64,000 bases of DNA from Sedimentisphaerales bacterium (GTDB lineage Bacteria > Planctomycetota > Phycisphaerae > Sedimentisphaerales > Anaerobacaceae). Shown here piece by piece: positions 38,459 through 49,762 of the stretch; the stretch's first letter is position 1; each line of letters starts with the position of its first letter. Location: the NCBI GenBank assembly GCA_963708075.1, contig OY970194.1:6016001-6080000 (forward strand). Direction: 5' to 3'. The position numbers were made by a program, and so were the translations under genes. The notes under the pieces were generated by a model that did not search any database, was not told the DNA's origin, and saw only the letters and a program-made list of their open reading frames with translations.

Positions 38459-39376
38459 TGGCTTGGCGTCGGGGGGCGTGGCGGGCGGTAGCGGCGATAG
38501 AAGCCAGTAGTGCGCGATCCATTCGAGATCGTGGATTTCCACGGTTCCGCTGCCGTCGAAGTCGGCGGCGGCACGCTGTGCGGCCTCGGCGCTGTTGGGG
38601 TCGTTGCGGCGCCACTGCCGGGCGAAGCGGGCGAAATCCTTGAAGTTGACGTACCGGTCGGCATTCAGATCCGCAATGTGCGGAGTGACCGTGAGCGTGA
38701 CGTCGAGCTGGATCCTGCCGACGCCGAGGGCGTCGTCTCCGCCGATCTCATACTGCCCTCGGCCGAGCGTGCCGAGATACACATAGACCGGCTTGCCGGC
38801 AAAGGCGGTGACCTGGCCGGAGCGGGAGGAAGGCCCGTACGGACCGTTGACATCGTACCCGCACTCCACGCGCTCGAAATAGGAGTCCGCCTCAAGCCGC
38901 CAGTAGTACTCGCCCGTCCAGGTGTCCTGTGGCCAGGTCGCCTCGAAACGCAGGCTGCAAGGCGTGCCGGGCGGGAACTCGTCGATGGTAACGAACCCCT
39001 CCACGATGCCCTGGGCCTCCTGGTAGAAATAGGTGAACAGGTCCGTGCCCACCTCCTCCCGGAAGGAACCGCCAAGGTCCGTCGTCAGCACGATCAGGTT
39101 CGGATCGGTCTTGGCCGACGCGGCGATATTGATATCGAGCTTGCCGCCATACGGGAACTCATGCCAATACGCGTCCGCGTAGCTGCGTTCGTCAGGCAAT
39201 TCCTGGGAATCCATAACCGGCCAAGCCCCGACGTCGCCGAAGGGACCGATCCAGCCTCCCTCGGCCAAGGCTTTCGCCGACGTGGCGTAATCCAGCGTTA
39301 TGGCGCTCAGGGAATGGACGATCATCATGGAACCTATGCAGGGCAGCAGGACAAGCAGCCATCTTCGAGTTGACAT
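38456..39376 (-). CDS. Secreted protein with C-terminal dockerin-like (paired EF-hand) module
   Basis: Signal peptide; ADLNADRYVNFKDFARFARQW and ADFDGSGTVEIHDLEWIAHYWL. Confidence 0.75.
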   Translation of the reverse strand: MSTRRWLLVLLPCIGSMMIVHSLSAITLDYATSAKALAEGGWIGPFGDVGAWPVMDSQELPDERSYADAYWHEFPYGGKLDINIAASAKTDPNLIVLTTDLGGSFREEVGTDLFTYFYQEAQGIVEGFVTIDEFPPGTPCSLRFEATWPQDTWTGEYYWRLEADSYFERVECGYDVNGPYGPSSRSGQVTAFAGKPVYVYLGTLGRGQYEIGGDDALGVGRIQLDVTLTVTPHIADLNADRYVNFKDFARFARQWRRNDPNSAEAAQRAAADFDGSGTVEIHDLEWIAHYWLLSPLPPATPPDAKP

Positions 39377-39535
39377 ACTCCAACCTCCCGACCTATTTTC
39401 GCTCATATCCGCAGCGGCACAGACGCAAAATGGTGCGTCTCCACGGCCCGGTCGTGAATACAAGGTCCGCTAACCGCAGTATAGCTGTCGGACCTATCTG
39501 CAACAAGCCGAATCCTCTGGACTTTTGCCTTCGGC

Positions 39536-39575
39536 CTGGGCGCCATGCTTACGCGAGCGTAGACATGGCACCCAG
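39536..39575. repeat. REP-like palindrome (GGGTGCCATG family)
   Basis: CTGGGCGCCATGCTTACGCGAGCGTAGACATGGCACCCAG; related to 46420-46502. Confidence 0.8.
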
Positions 39576-39662
39576 CCGCTGCCGCCGGGTGAACACATGG
39601 CTCAAAATCTTGCGTCTTTATGGCTGCCGGGCGCGGTATAATCCGGCCGGGCATGAAGATGA

Positions 39663-41732
<2,070 letters not shown>

Positions 41733-41733
41733 C

Positions 41734-42876
41734 GTGAACGCACAGGACGAGAAGTTCATGCGGGTGGCTCTAAGGCTGGCGGAAAAGGGGATTGGCCTGG
41801 TGGAGCCGAATCCGGCGGTCGGGTGTGTCATCACCAAGGCCGGCCAGGAGATCGGCAGGGGCTATCACAAGCGGTTCGGCGGGCCGCACGCGGAGGTCAA
41901 TGCTATCGAGAACTGCAAGGCCCTTGGCTTCAAGACCGAAGGCGCGACAATGTACGTGACACTCGAGCCGTGCTGCCACCAGGGCAAAACCGGGCCATGC
42001 ACGCAAGCGGTCATCGCTGCCGGAATCAAGCGGGTCATCGCTGCGACGTTGGACCCGTCCGCTCACGCGAGCGGCAAAGGGGTCGAGCAATTGCGGCGGG
42101 CGGGAATTGAAGTGGAGGTGGGGCTGTGTGAGCAGGAGGCGAAGCTCGTCAACGCGCCATTCTTCAAGTTTGTCACGACCGGCAAATGCTGGGTGATCCT
42201 CAAATGGGCGCAGAGCATCGACGGCAAGCTCGCCTTCGTGGACCAATCGCCGGAGAGACGCTGGATCACGAACGAGGCCAGCCGCAACGACGCGCACAAG
42301 CTGCGTCGCCGCGCTGGAGCCATCATCGTCGGTATCAAGACGGTGCTGGCTGATGACCCCATGTTGACGCCTCGGCCGAGCAAGGGCAAGAAGCCCCTGC
42401 GGGTCGTCCTCGACGACTCGCTCCAAGTCCCACTGACGTGCAGGCTCCTGCGAACCACGAAGACCAGCCCCGTTCTCATCTACACCCGCGAGGAAACGGC
42501 CAAGGCAGACCCGAAAGCCGTCGAGCGGATCACGAAGAAAGGTGCGGAAGTGCTCACCTGGCCGGATACCCCCAGTGGCTCCAACCTGCCTTTCCTGCTG
42601 GAGTCGCTGAGCAAGCAAGGGGTCGCCCAAGTGCTCGTGGAGGGCGGCCCGACAGTCCTGGCCTCCTTCCTGAAACAGGACTTGGCCGATGAGATGTGCG
42701 TATACATCTCGCCGAAGGTTCTCGGGGCCGCCGGCGCCGCCTCGATCAGCGAGCCGATGGCGGACCTGGTACAAGCGCTTCAATTGAGCCACGTCAGCAT
42801 CAAAGCCTTTGGCAAGGATACTCGCATCAGCGGCATGCCTGTCCCCATGTTCCCGCCTGCGCCGGCTGAGCCTTAG
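41734..42876 (+). CDS. ribD: Riboflavin biosynthesis deaminase/reductase
   Basis: PNPAVG, HAE, TLEPCCH...PC, AQSIDG, LVEGG; GTG start 1 nt after the ligA stop. Confidence 0.95.
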   Translation: MNAQDEKFMRVALRLAEKGIGLVEPNPAVGCVITKAGQEIGRGYHKRFGGPHAEVNAIENCKALGFKTEGATMYVTLEPCCHQGKTGPCTQAVIAAGIKRVIAATLDPSAHASGKGVEQLRRAGIEVEVGLCEQEAKLVNAPFFKFVTTGKCWVILKWAQSIDGKLAFVDQSPERRWITNEASRNDAHKLRRRAGAIIVGIKTVLADDPMLTPRPSKGKKPLRVVLDDSLQVPLTCRLLRTTKTSPVLIYTREETAKADPKAVERITKKGAEVLTWPDTPSGSNLPFLLESLSKQGVAQVLVEGGPTVLASFLKQDLADEMCVYISPKVLGAAGAASISEPMADLVQALQLSHVSIKAFGKDTRISGMPVPMFPPAPAEP

Positions 42877-42978
42877 CGGACGCCGTGGACTTTGTGGACT
42901 CTGTGGACAAAGTGGACGCAGCGAAGTCAGCAGGGTGTCCATCTCGTCCACATCGTCCACAAAGTCCATGTTGTCCAC
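42876..42978. repeat. Period-9 inverted repeat: 5x GYGGAC then 5x GTCCAY
   Basis: Units at 42876/85/94/903/912 and 42937/46/55/64/73. Confidence 0.85.
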
Positions 42979-43056
42979 TCCTTTGCTCTGCTCCCTTCGG
43001 TCAGACCACAGGATGCGGCGCCATGCCTATTGCGGCAAATTCGCACGAGAATTTGT

Positions 43057-43085
43057 TTGACCGGCATGGCGGCTTACCGTATACT
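43057..43085 (+). promoter_or_regulatory. sigma70 promoter of an orphan RNA
   Basis: TTGACC-17-TATACT. Confidence 0.65.
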
Positions 43086-43089
43086 ATAG

Positions 43090-43220
43090 ATGTTGCGGGT
43101 GCATACGGAGATCTAAAGGTCTCGCAAGCGCAGCCGCGGTTTGGCGCACTGAGGCACATCGCGACAAGGAGACGGGCCTACAACTAGCTCAAACTATTCG
43201 AGCCCACGTCTCCTTTTTTT
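43090..43220 (+). ncRNA. Candidate small RNA or attenuator/riboswitch upstream of dxs
   Basis: Promoter upstream, closing stem GATGTTGC/GCACATC, terminator AAGGAGACGGGC...GCCCACGTCTCC-T7. Confidence 0.5.
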
Positions 43221-43386
43221 ATGCGCTCGCCGCAGCCGTTCGGGCCGCAGCTCAGCAAGATGGACGGAGATGCGGTTTTTTCACGTCGTGGCCCATTTTT
43301 TCAATCAAAACTGTGATTTCCCTGCATGGATTCTGCGCTTCGGGTACAATACGGCGGCCCTTTGAATCATTGGGGATGGGTTTGAA

Positions 43387-45345
43387 ATGAGCAGCAAGTA
43401 TTTAGAGAAGATCAATGGCCCGGCGGACCTGAGAAATTTGCAGGTGGCCGAGCTTGCAGGGTTGGCCGAGGAGATTCGGCAGTTCATTCTCGGCTCGGTG
43501 AGTAAGACCGGCGGACACCTGTCGAGCAATCTCGGCGCGGTGGAGCTGACGCTTGCGCTGCACTATGTTTTCGATTTCAAGCAGGACAAGCTGCTGTGGG
43601 ACGTAGGCCACCAGTGCTACACCCACAAGATCGTCACCGGCCGCAAGGCCGGCTTCGATCTGTTGCGCCACGCGGGAGGTATCAGCGGCTTCCCAAACCC
43701 GGCTGAGAGCGAGTATGACCTCTTCACCGTGGGACATGCCGGCACCTCCATCGCCACTGCCATCGGAATGGCGCTGGCCGAGCAGTTGAAGGTGAAGAAG
43801 GATGAGGCCGAGGCCAAGACGCCCCGTCGCGAGGCCGACAAGCTCAGGCCGCCGGCGCCGAGGATTGTCGCCGTGGTTGGCGACGCCAGCATCGTCAACG
43901 GCATTTCCTTCGAGGCCCTGAACAACCTCGGGCTGATCAAGCGCCAGATGCTCATCGTGCTCAACGACAACAACATGGCCATCGACGCGACCGTCGGGGC
44001 GGTGGCCAAGTACTTCTCCAAGGTCCGGCTGAGCCACACGTACGAAGATCTGCGCTGGACGACTAAAACGATCCTCGAACACGTCCCCGGCATCGGCCGC
44101 AGCGTCGAGGACGCACTCGAAAAGATCAAGAAGAGCATCCGCATGGTCGTGGCGCCGAGCCAAATGTTCGAGAGCCTCAACGTGCCCTATTTCGGCCCGG
44201 TGGATGGCCACGACATCGAAGCGCTCGTGAAGTTGTTCAAGACGCTCGGTCAGGTGGACCACCCGGTCCTGCTGCACCTGTACACGAAGAAGGGCAAAGG
44301 CTTCAACCCCGCCGACAAAGGGCCGACGAGATTCCACTCCACGGGCCCGTTCAAGATGAATGGCGACACCGTGGAATCGCCGGTCGTGGAGCACCCGCAG
44401 ACCTACACGGATGCCTTTGGCGAATCGCTGACCGCATTGGCACAGCAGGATGAGCGGATCGTGGCCATCACATCGGCCATGTGCGACGGGACCGGCCTCG
44501 TGGAGTTCCGTGAGAAGTTCCCGGACCGCTTCTATGATGTGGGGATCGCCGAGAGTGCGGCGGTGGATATCGCCGCGGGCCTGGCCAAGAGCGGCATGAG
44601 GCCCTTCGTGTGCATCTATTCGACCTTCCTGCAGCGCAGCTTCGACCAGATCTTCCAGGAGGTGTCGCTGCAGAACCTCCCCGTGGTCTTTTGCGTGGAC
44701 CGGGCCGGCATGGTCGGCTGCGACGGAGCCACCCATCACGGCCTGATGGATATCGGCTACCTGCGGATGCTGCCCAACATGGTTCTCACGGCCCCGGCCG
44801 ACGCTGTCGAGATGAAGCAGGCGCTGCAATTCGCCCTGGGCCAGGGTCAGCCGGTCGTGATACGCTATCCGAAGGACCTTGTCCCCCTCAATGAGTCCTT
44901 GCACGCGGCGTCGGAAAAGCCCTTCGAGTTGGGCAAGAGCATCGTTGTGCGGCGGGGCCGCAGACCCTCGCTGGCCATCGTCTGCTACGGCAGCATTCTC
45001 ACCGAGGCCCTGAAGGCCGCCGAAATGCTCAGTTCCGAGAAAATCTCCGCAGAAGTGATTAATGCACGCTTTGCCGCGCCGCTGGATGAGCGGTTCATGA
45101 GCCTGCTATCGACGGGCAAGAGCCTGATTACGGTCGAGGACCACTATCTCTCGTGCGGATTCGGCTCGGCCGTGCTCGAGCTGGCGGCCACCCGCGGCTG
45201 CGACCTGGGCAGGATTCGCGTGCTCGGTGCACCAAAGTGCTTTATCGGGCATAATTCTCGAAGCGCTCAGCTTATCCAGGCCGGCATTAATGCCGATGAA
45301 ATAGCTAAAACGGCCAAGGAATTGACCGCGAAATCAAGACAATAG
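43387..45345 (+). CDS. dxs: 1-deoxy-D-xylulose-5-phosphate synthase
   Basis: GGHLSSNLG, WDVGHQ, GHAGTSI, GDA..NDN, DVGIAE, IYSTFLQR, DGATHHG. Confidence 0.97.
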   Translation: MSSKYLEKINGPADLRNLQVAELAGLAEEIRQFILGSVSKTGGHLSSNLGAVELTLALHYVFDFKQDKLLWDVGHQCYTHKIVTGRKAGFDLLRHAGGISGFPNPAESEYDLFTVGHAGTSIATAIGMALAEQLKVKKDEAEAKTPRREADKLRPPAPRIVAVVGDASIVNGISFEALNNLGLIKRQMLIVLNDNNMAIDATVGAVAKYFSKVRLSHTYEDLRWTTKTILEHVPGIGRSVEDALEKIKKSIRMVVAPSQMFESLNVPYFGPVDGHDIEALVKLFKTLGQVDHPVLLHLYTKKGKGFNPADKGPTRFHSTGPFKMNGDTVESPVVEHPQTYTDAFGESLTALAQQDERIVAITSAMCDGTGLVEFREKFPDRFYDVGIAESAAVDIAAGLAKSGMRPFVCIYSTFLQRSFDQIFQEVSLQNLPVVFCVDRAGMVGCDGATHHGLMDIGYLRMLPNMVLTAPADAVEMKQALQFALGQGQPVVIRYPKDLVPLNESLHAASEKPFELGKSIVVRRGRRPSLAIVCYGSILTEALKAAEMLSSEKISAEVINARFAAPLDERFMSLLSTGKSLITVEDHYLSCGFGSAVLELAATRGCDLGRIRVLGAPKCFIGHNSRSAQLIQAGINADEIAKTAKELTAKSRQ

Positions 45346-45357
45346 GCTGAGAGAGCC

Positions 45358-46230
45358 ATGAGACAGGGCAAGTCTCGACCCAGACTGGTAATATTCGGCG
45401 ACCCGGCGCGAGGGCATGTCGCCGAGGCGATTGAGGAGTTCTCAAAGTTCCTCAAAGATAAGGCCGAGCTCGTCGCCATTTGCTATATCTGCGAATGTAC
45501 GGCCGAAGTGCTGCGGGAGATCGATTTTGCCGTGGTCCTCGGCGGCGACGGCAGCATCATCTCGGCCGCGAGGACCCTCAGCGAAGCCAAGGTCCCGGTC
45601 ATCGGCGTCAATATGGGCAAACTCGGTTTCCTGGCCGAGTTCAGCCCCGCGGAATTCAAGGACTGGTACCACGACATCATTTCAGGCAAGGCGCCGGTCG
45701 AGAAGCGGATGATGCTCGGCTGCCGGGTCTCGGAGGGACCCGAGGGCAGTCCGCAGCGGTTCTTCTCGAAGGCGATCAATGATGTCTATATCACGTCGGG
45801 GCCGCCCTATCGCGTGATCGAGCTGGATATCTGTGTGGACGGTCAGCACGTGGCCAGTTGCGTTGGCGACGGGCTGATCGTCGCAACGCCGACCGGCTCG
45901 ACCGCGTACAACTTGTCGGCCGGCGGACCGATTCTGGCCGGCTCGATGGAGGCGATGGTGATCACGCCGATCTGCCCCCACTCGCTGAGTTTCCGGCCGA
46001 TCGTGATCGATGCGGCCAGCGTTGTCCAGATCAGCGCCATGAGATTGAACGAGGGCACAAGCGTCTCAGTCGATGGCCAGGTCTCCACCGGCTTGTCCCT
46101 ACGGGATGTCGTCACTATCGCCAGGGAGAAGTGCAACTTTCTGATCGTGGATAATCCGACGCGAACGCGCTGGGATACGCTGGCGACGAAGCTGGGCTGG
46201 GCGAAAGGGCCCAAGTACGAGAGTGAATAA
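45358..46230 (+). CDS. nadK: NAD kinase
   Basis: LGGDGS, GKLGFL, ND, GDGLIVATPTGSTAYNLSAGG. Confidence 0.95.
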   Translation: MRQGKSRPRLVIFGDPARGHVAEAIEEFSKFLKDKAELVAICYICECTAEVLREIDFAVVLGGDGSIISAARTLSEAKVPVIGVNMGKLGFLAEFSPAEFKDWYHDIISGKAPVEKRMMLGCRVSEGPEGSPQRFFSKAINDVYITSGPPYRVIELDICVDGQHVASCVGDGLIVATPTGSTAYNLSAGGPILAGSMEAMVITPICPHSLSFRPIVIDAASVVQISAMRLNEGTSVSVDGQVSTGLSLRDVVTIAREKCNFLIVDNPTRTRWDTLATKLGWAKGPKYESE

Positions 46231-46366
46231 GCGGCCGCCGGATGGCGGCTGTGGCAGGATGCACGGCAGCAAAAGGATTGCGAACCCAAGGAGCAGTTGC
46301 CGGGTACTCTCTTCAGAGACACGGCAGAATGGGCTCTCGGAATAACGTGAGTACGGGAGTGATCGT

Positions 46367-48388
46367 ATGAGAGGTTCACAATCGACCGGATCGAGTCCTG
46401 TGCAAGTACAGATAGGGCTCTGGGTGCCATGCTTACGCTTGCGTAAGCATGTCTGCCTGTCGAGAGAAAGCATGTCCACGCAAGCGTGGACATGGCACCC
46501 AGCCATGGCGATCGCCGTGTGCCTGTCCCTTCTGCTGTTCGCAGGCGGCGCCTGGGCGTCCTACGGTACAAGTCCCGTCGGTTCGCCGACGCTGCCGCCG
46601 AGCAGCTACGAAGGGGGCCTCGTCGCAAATCCCAATCCGCTGGACAACAGCAGCAACTCAGTCATCACCGGCAACGTCCGGGGCGGAAAACATTTCCGGG
46701 GCCCGGTGCCCTATGACGCATCCACGAGTTTTCAGGCGCCGCTGGGCTCGACCCGGCTCGATTCGTTCCTGAGGTATTCGGCCGTGCCGGAGGAACTGGG
46801 CGGATATTCGCCCGGATACGACACGTTCTATTCCCCGACGGGGACGGCCTCGAAGATCCGGCCGGGACAGGGCGGCGTCTTTGCGCCGACGAGTCCGAGA
46901 GTGGCAGGGGGGATCGCGCAGTGGCGCTCCGACCAACCGCCGGATGTCGTGGATTTGGGCGATATCAGGCAGTCGTATACCTCCGTCGGCAAGGCGGCCA
47001 CCGCGACCGATGGCAGCCAGGAGTCCTGGCGAAGATATGGGAACTGGCCGCTGTCCAGAACGCCCGAACAGATGCAACAGGTCGTGTCCGACGAGTTTGG
47101 CCGGCTATTCGCCGATGACCCTGCGTCACAGCAGAGAGATCAACCCATAACATCCGAGGAATACCAGCTCCAGATGGAGCAATTCCGTCAGCAGCTCGAG
47201 AAGGTCACGGCCGATGCATCGAGGCTGGAGCAGTCCGTGAGGGTTGGTGACGCTCTGCCGAAAGACGCATCACAGCAGGCGCCGAGCGATCCTGTAGAAC
47301 TCACGGGTTTGCGCAAGGCTCTTGAAGGCGCGCCGGCGCCGTTGTCGCAGCCGCCGGACGCGGAACGCCGTAGCGACTCAGAATTAGTGTTGCTCAGGCC
47401 CGCGTCACTGATTCCGGGCACTCCGACAATCGATAGACAGGCGCAGACGCCTGATGCTGCCGACATCCCGGGTCTCATCGCGCCGCCCGCCGGTCCGAAG
47501 GGCAGCGCGACTACGGAGCCCCGAGGCTCGTCCCCCAGTCTGCAAACTGGTCCCGGGGGACTGGCCGCCGATGCGGCGACGCGGACAAATCGAATTGCCG
47601 AGCTGTTCCTGACGAGGGGGCAGGGCGGGACTGGACAGAGCCAGATGAACAGTGCCGGAGAGTTGCCTGCATTGCAGCGGATCAAGGAAACGGCCGGTGC
47701 ACTGGAGACGCCATCCGGTTCTATGTCGCGTGTGCCGACGAATGCGGCGGGCGATACGAGCCTGACGCCGGACCGCCTGGCATTGCTCATGGAGCAACTG
47801 CGCTCGACCTCGGGCGAGATGGACGCACTGGAAGGCGCCGATGCGAACAAGCCGGCGGCCGGCGAACTGAAGCCGTCGGATACACCGACCGACAATCAGA
47901 AGCACACAAAATACGAGGCACTCACGGCCGCCTCGCAGGAGAAGTTCGATCGCTATTTGAAGGCGGCCGAGCTGTACCTGCAGCAGGGCAGGTACTATCG
48001 CGCCGTCGAGTCATTCTCACTCGCCTCGCTCTACAATCCGAACGATCGGCGAGTGCACATCGGCAGGAGCCATGCGCTATTTGCCGCCGGCGAGTACGTC
48101 AGCAGCGCCACCTTCCTGGCGAAAGCGATCGAGACCGACCCGGGCCAGACCCTCACGAAGCTGGACCTGGTCAACGCGACCGGCGGTCCGGACCTGTTCC
48201 TGCGCCGCATCACCGATCTCGAGCAGTGTTCCGGCAAGACCGGCACGCCCGACCTGCAGCTCCTGCTTGCCTACATTTACTACCAGATGGACCGGCCGGA
48301 AGAGGCAAAGACAGCGATCGGCGCGGCCGAAAAAGGACTGAGCCACCTTCCTGCGGTCGACCTGCTCAAAGGCGCAATCACCAAGTGA
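46367..48388 (+). CDS. Secreted low-complexity protein with C-terminal TPR repeats
   Basis: Signal-like AIAVCLSLLLFAGGAWA, NSVITGNV.GG motif, TPR helices at the C-terminus; start 46367 (RBS GGGAG) or 46505. Confidence 0.75.
   Translation: MRGSQSTGSSPVQVQIGLWVPCLRLRKHVCLSRESMSTQAWTWHPAMAIAVCLSLLLFAGGAWASYGTSPVGSPTLPPSSYEGGLVANPNPLDNSSNSVITGNVRGGKHFRGPVPYDASTSFQAPLGSTRLDSFLRYSAVPEELGGYSPGYDTFYSPTGTASKIRPGQGGVFAPTSPRVAGGIAQWRSDQPPDVVDLGDIRQSYTSVGKAATATDGSQESWRRYGNWPLSRTPEQMQQVVSDEFGRLFADDPASQQRDQPITSEEYQLQMEQFRQQLEKVTADASRLEQSVRVGDALPKDASQQAPSDPVELTGLRKALEGAPAPLSQPPDAERRSDSELVLLRPASLIPGTPTIDRQAQTPDAADIPGLIAPPAGPKGSATTEPRGSSPSLQTGPGGLAADAATRTNRIAELFLTRGQGGTGQSQMNSAGELPALQRIKETAGALETPSGSMSRVPTNAAGDTSLTPDRLALLMEQLRSTSGEMDALEGADANKPAAGELKPSDTPTDNQKHTKYEALTAASQEKFDRYLKAAELYLQQGRYYRAVESFSLASLYNPNDRRVHIGRSHALFAAGEYVSSATFLAKAIETDPGQTLTKLDLVNATGGPDLFLRRITDLEQCSGKTGTPDLQLLLAYIYYQMDRPEEAKTAIGAAEKGLSHLPAVDLLKGAITK
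46420..46502. repeat. REP-like doublet (GGGTGCCATG family)
   Basis: CTGGGTGCCATGCTTACGCTTGCGTAAGCATG...CATGTCCACGCAAGCGTGGACATGGCACCCAG. Confidence 0.85.
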
Positions 48389-48398
48389 CGCTCGGCGC

Positions 48399-48809
48399 TC
48401 AGCCGACGTATCGAACCACGTACAGCCAGTTCGCGGCAAACAGAACCGACAATATCACCCACACTGCTGCTCGTTCCGCACGGGTCAGGAGAAGGCGAGG
48501 ACTTCTTCCTGTCAGCGCCCGAAGGAGAATCACAGCACTGGCTGTCCCGAGAAATGAAAAGAGCAGCGGATTATAGAGCCACGCCTGGATGGGGTGCCCG
48601 TGCAGAAACGCCAGTGTCCCCCGCGTGAAGCCGCAGGAGGGGCATGGCCAGCCGGCGAGTCGCTTGAACAGGCAAAGCTGGACTGTCACGCCGGCATGCG
48701 AGGCAAGAAGCAGAACAACGCCTCCGAGCGCCAGCCAAAGCGCCGGCAGGACAATCGCCCACCACGGCCAGTCCGGCCACCGCTTGAGCTGGACCCATTC
48801 GATTTTCAT
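48399..48809 (-). CDS. DUF2752 membrane protein
   Basis: CLFKRLAGWPCPSCGFTR...AWLYNPL motif. Confidence 0.85.
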   Translation of the reverse strand: MKIEWVQLKRWPDWPWWAIVLPALWLALGGVVLLLASHAGVTVQLCLFKRLAGWPCPSCGFTRGTLAFLHGHPIQAWLYNPLLFSFLGTASAVILLRALTGRSPRLLLTRAERAAVWVILSVLFAANWLYVVRYVG

Positions 48810-48824
48810 GGCCCCGATAGCATC

Positions 48825-49160
48825 TCAAACCGAAACGGGCGCTCCAGCCCCGATGACTATCGAGGCGATCAGCAGGATCATGCATATGGCTAGGACCATC
48901 AGTGTGAGCACCACGCTGATGATACCGCAGATCTTTCCTGCCTGCGTGAGCCCCCGGCCGGAGGAGTCCATTCTGCCGGCGTTCATCTCCCGGAGATCGG
49001 AATTGGCCAGTACCCATGCTATGATGCCGGCGACAAAACAGGAGCAGAGCAGACTGATGATGCCGAGCACCAGGATCACGCCGCCGCGATGCGGCCTCAT
49101 CGGTTGTCCTACTGGATACGCCTGCACGGGTTGGACAGGAGGTTGGCCGCCGGTTGTCAT
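48825..49160 (-). CDS. DUF4190-like small membrane protein
   Basis: PHRGGVILVLGIISL, GRGLTQAGKICGII; RBS AGGAGG. Confidence 0.75.
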   Translation of the reverse strand: MTTGGQPPVQPVQAYPVGQPMRPHRGGVILVLGIISLLCSCFVAGIIAWVLANSDLREMNAGRMDSSGRGLTQAGKICGIISVVLTLMVLAICMILLIASIVIGAGAPVSV

Positions 49161-49369
49161 TGTGCCTCCTTGCTCATCAGAAATCTCCACTTGTGGTTTT
49201 CATGCCGGTCTGCGGAAACCGCCGCAACGATCTCGCAGGTCAAGGCATACTGACATTCAAGCTACCGGATTATCTTCTTTGCGCCAAGCCGCAATTTGGA
49301 GATTGCTTGAGAAGGCCGCTGTGGTTTCGACGAGCCCCGAGTGTACTTGCCGTCCTTGCCTCAACCGGC

Positions 49370-49690
49370 TCAGGCTTTTCGGAAGACGGCGACGATGTTC
49401 TCCACTTCGACGACGAAGAGGCGGTTGTCGCCCTCGAAATCGACGGGAATGGCGCCTTTGGGGTTGAACAGGACCTTGTCGTACTTGCGCAGCGGAATCT
49501 CGGGCATGGTCTCGACCTCTGCCGAGACGGCTACGACGCGGCCGGTAATGGTGGGGATTTCAATGTTGTCGGGCAGCCGGATGCCGCCCTTGGTTTCTTT
49601 CTTGTCCTCGTCCTTGCGAATCAGGACACGCTTGCCTATGGGCTCCACCGTCTCGAACGATTCGGTTTCGACAGTCGGTTTCTTGTCCAT
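49370..49690 (-). CDS. groES: Co-chaperonin GroES family protein
   Basis: PIGKRVLI, TKGGIRLPD, GRVVAV, DKVLF, ENIVA. Confidence 0.85.
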   Translation of the reverse strand: MDKKPTVETESFETVEPIGKRVLIRKDEDKKETKGGIRLPDNIEIPTITGRVVAVSAEVETMPEIPLRKYDKVLFNPKGAIPVDFEGDNRLFVVEVENIVAVFRKA

Positions 49691-49762
49691 TTATGCTACC
49701 TTTGCACCTGACCAAGCTGTCATCTTCCAGCCATTATACATAGATTGTCCAGCTTGAAGGGG

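Noticed and set aside
42876..42978. Periodic repeats as a CRISPR array
   Set aside because: Units are 6-9 nt and inverted, with no 25-45-nt repeats or spacers; no cas genes in the window
43091..43117. Similarity of MLRVHTEI to the left-edge peptide MLRVTHLEI
   Set aside because: Too short, with different codons; probably coincidence
43090..43165. TPP or FMN riboswitch call
   Set aside because: Lacks the TPP ACCTGAT...AGGGA half and the FMN AGGGCGGGGTGAAATTCCC core; kept only as an unclassified RNA
43790..43865. Charged insertion in Dxs (KVKKDEAEAKTPRREADKLRPPAP) as another palindrome insertion
   Set aside because: No clear inverted repeat or match to the REP types seen; more likely an ordinary variable loop
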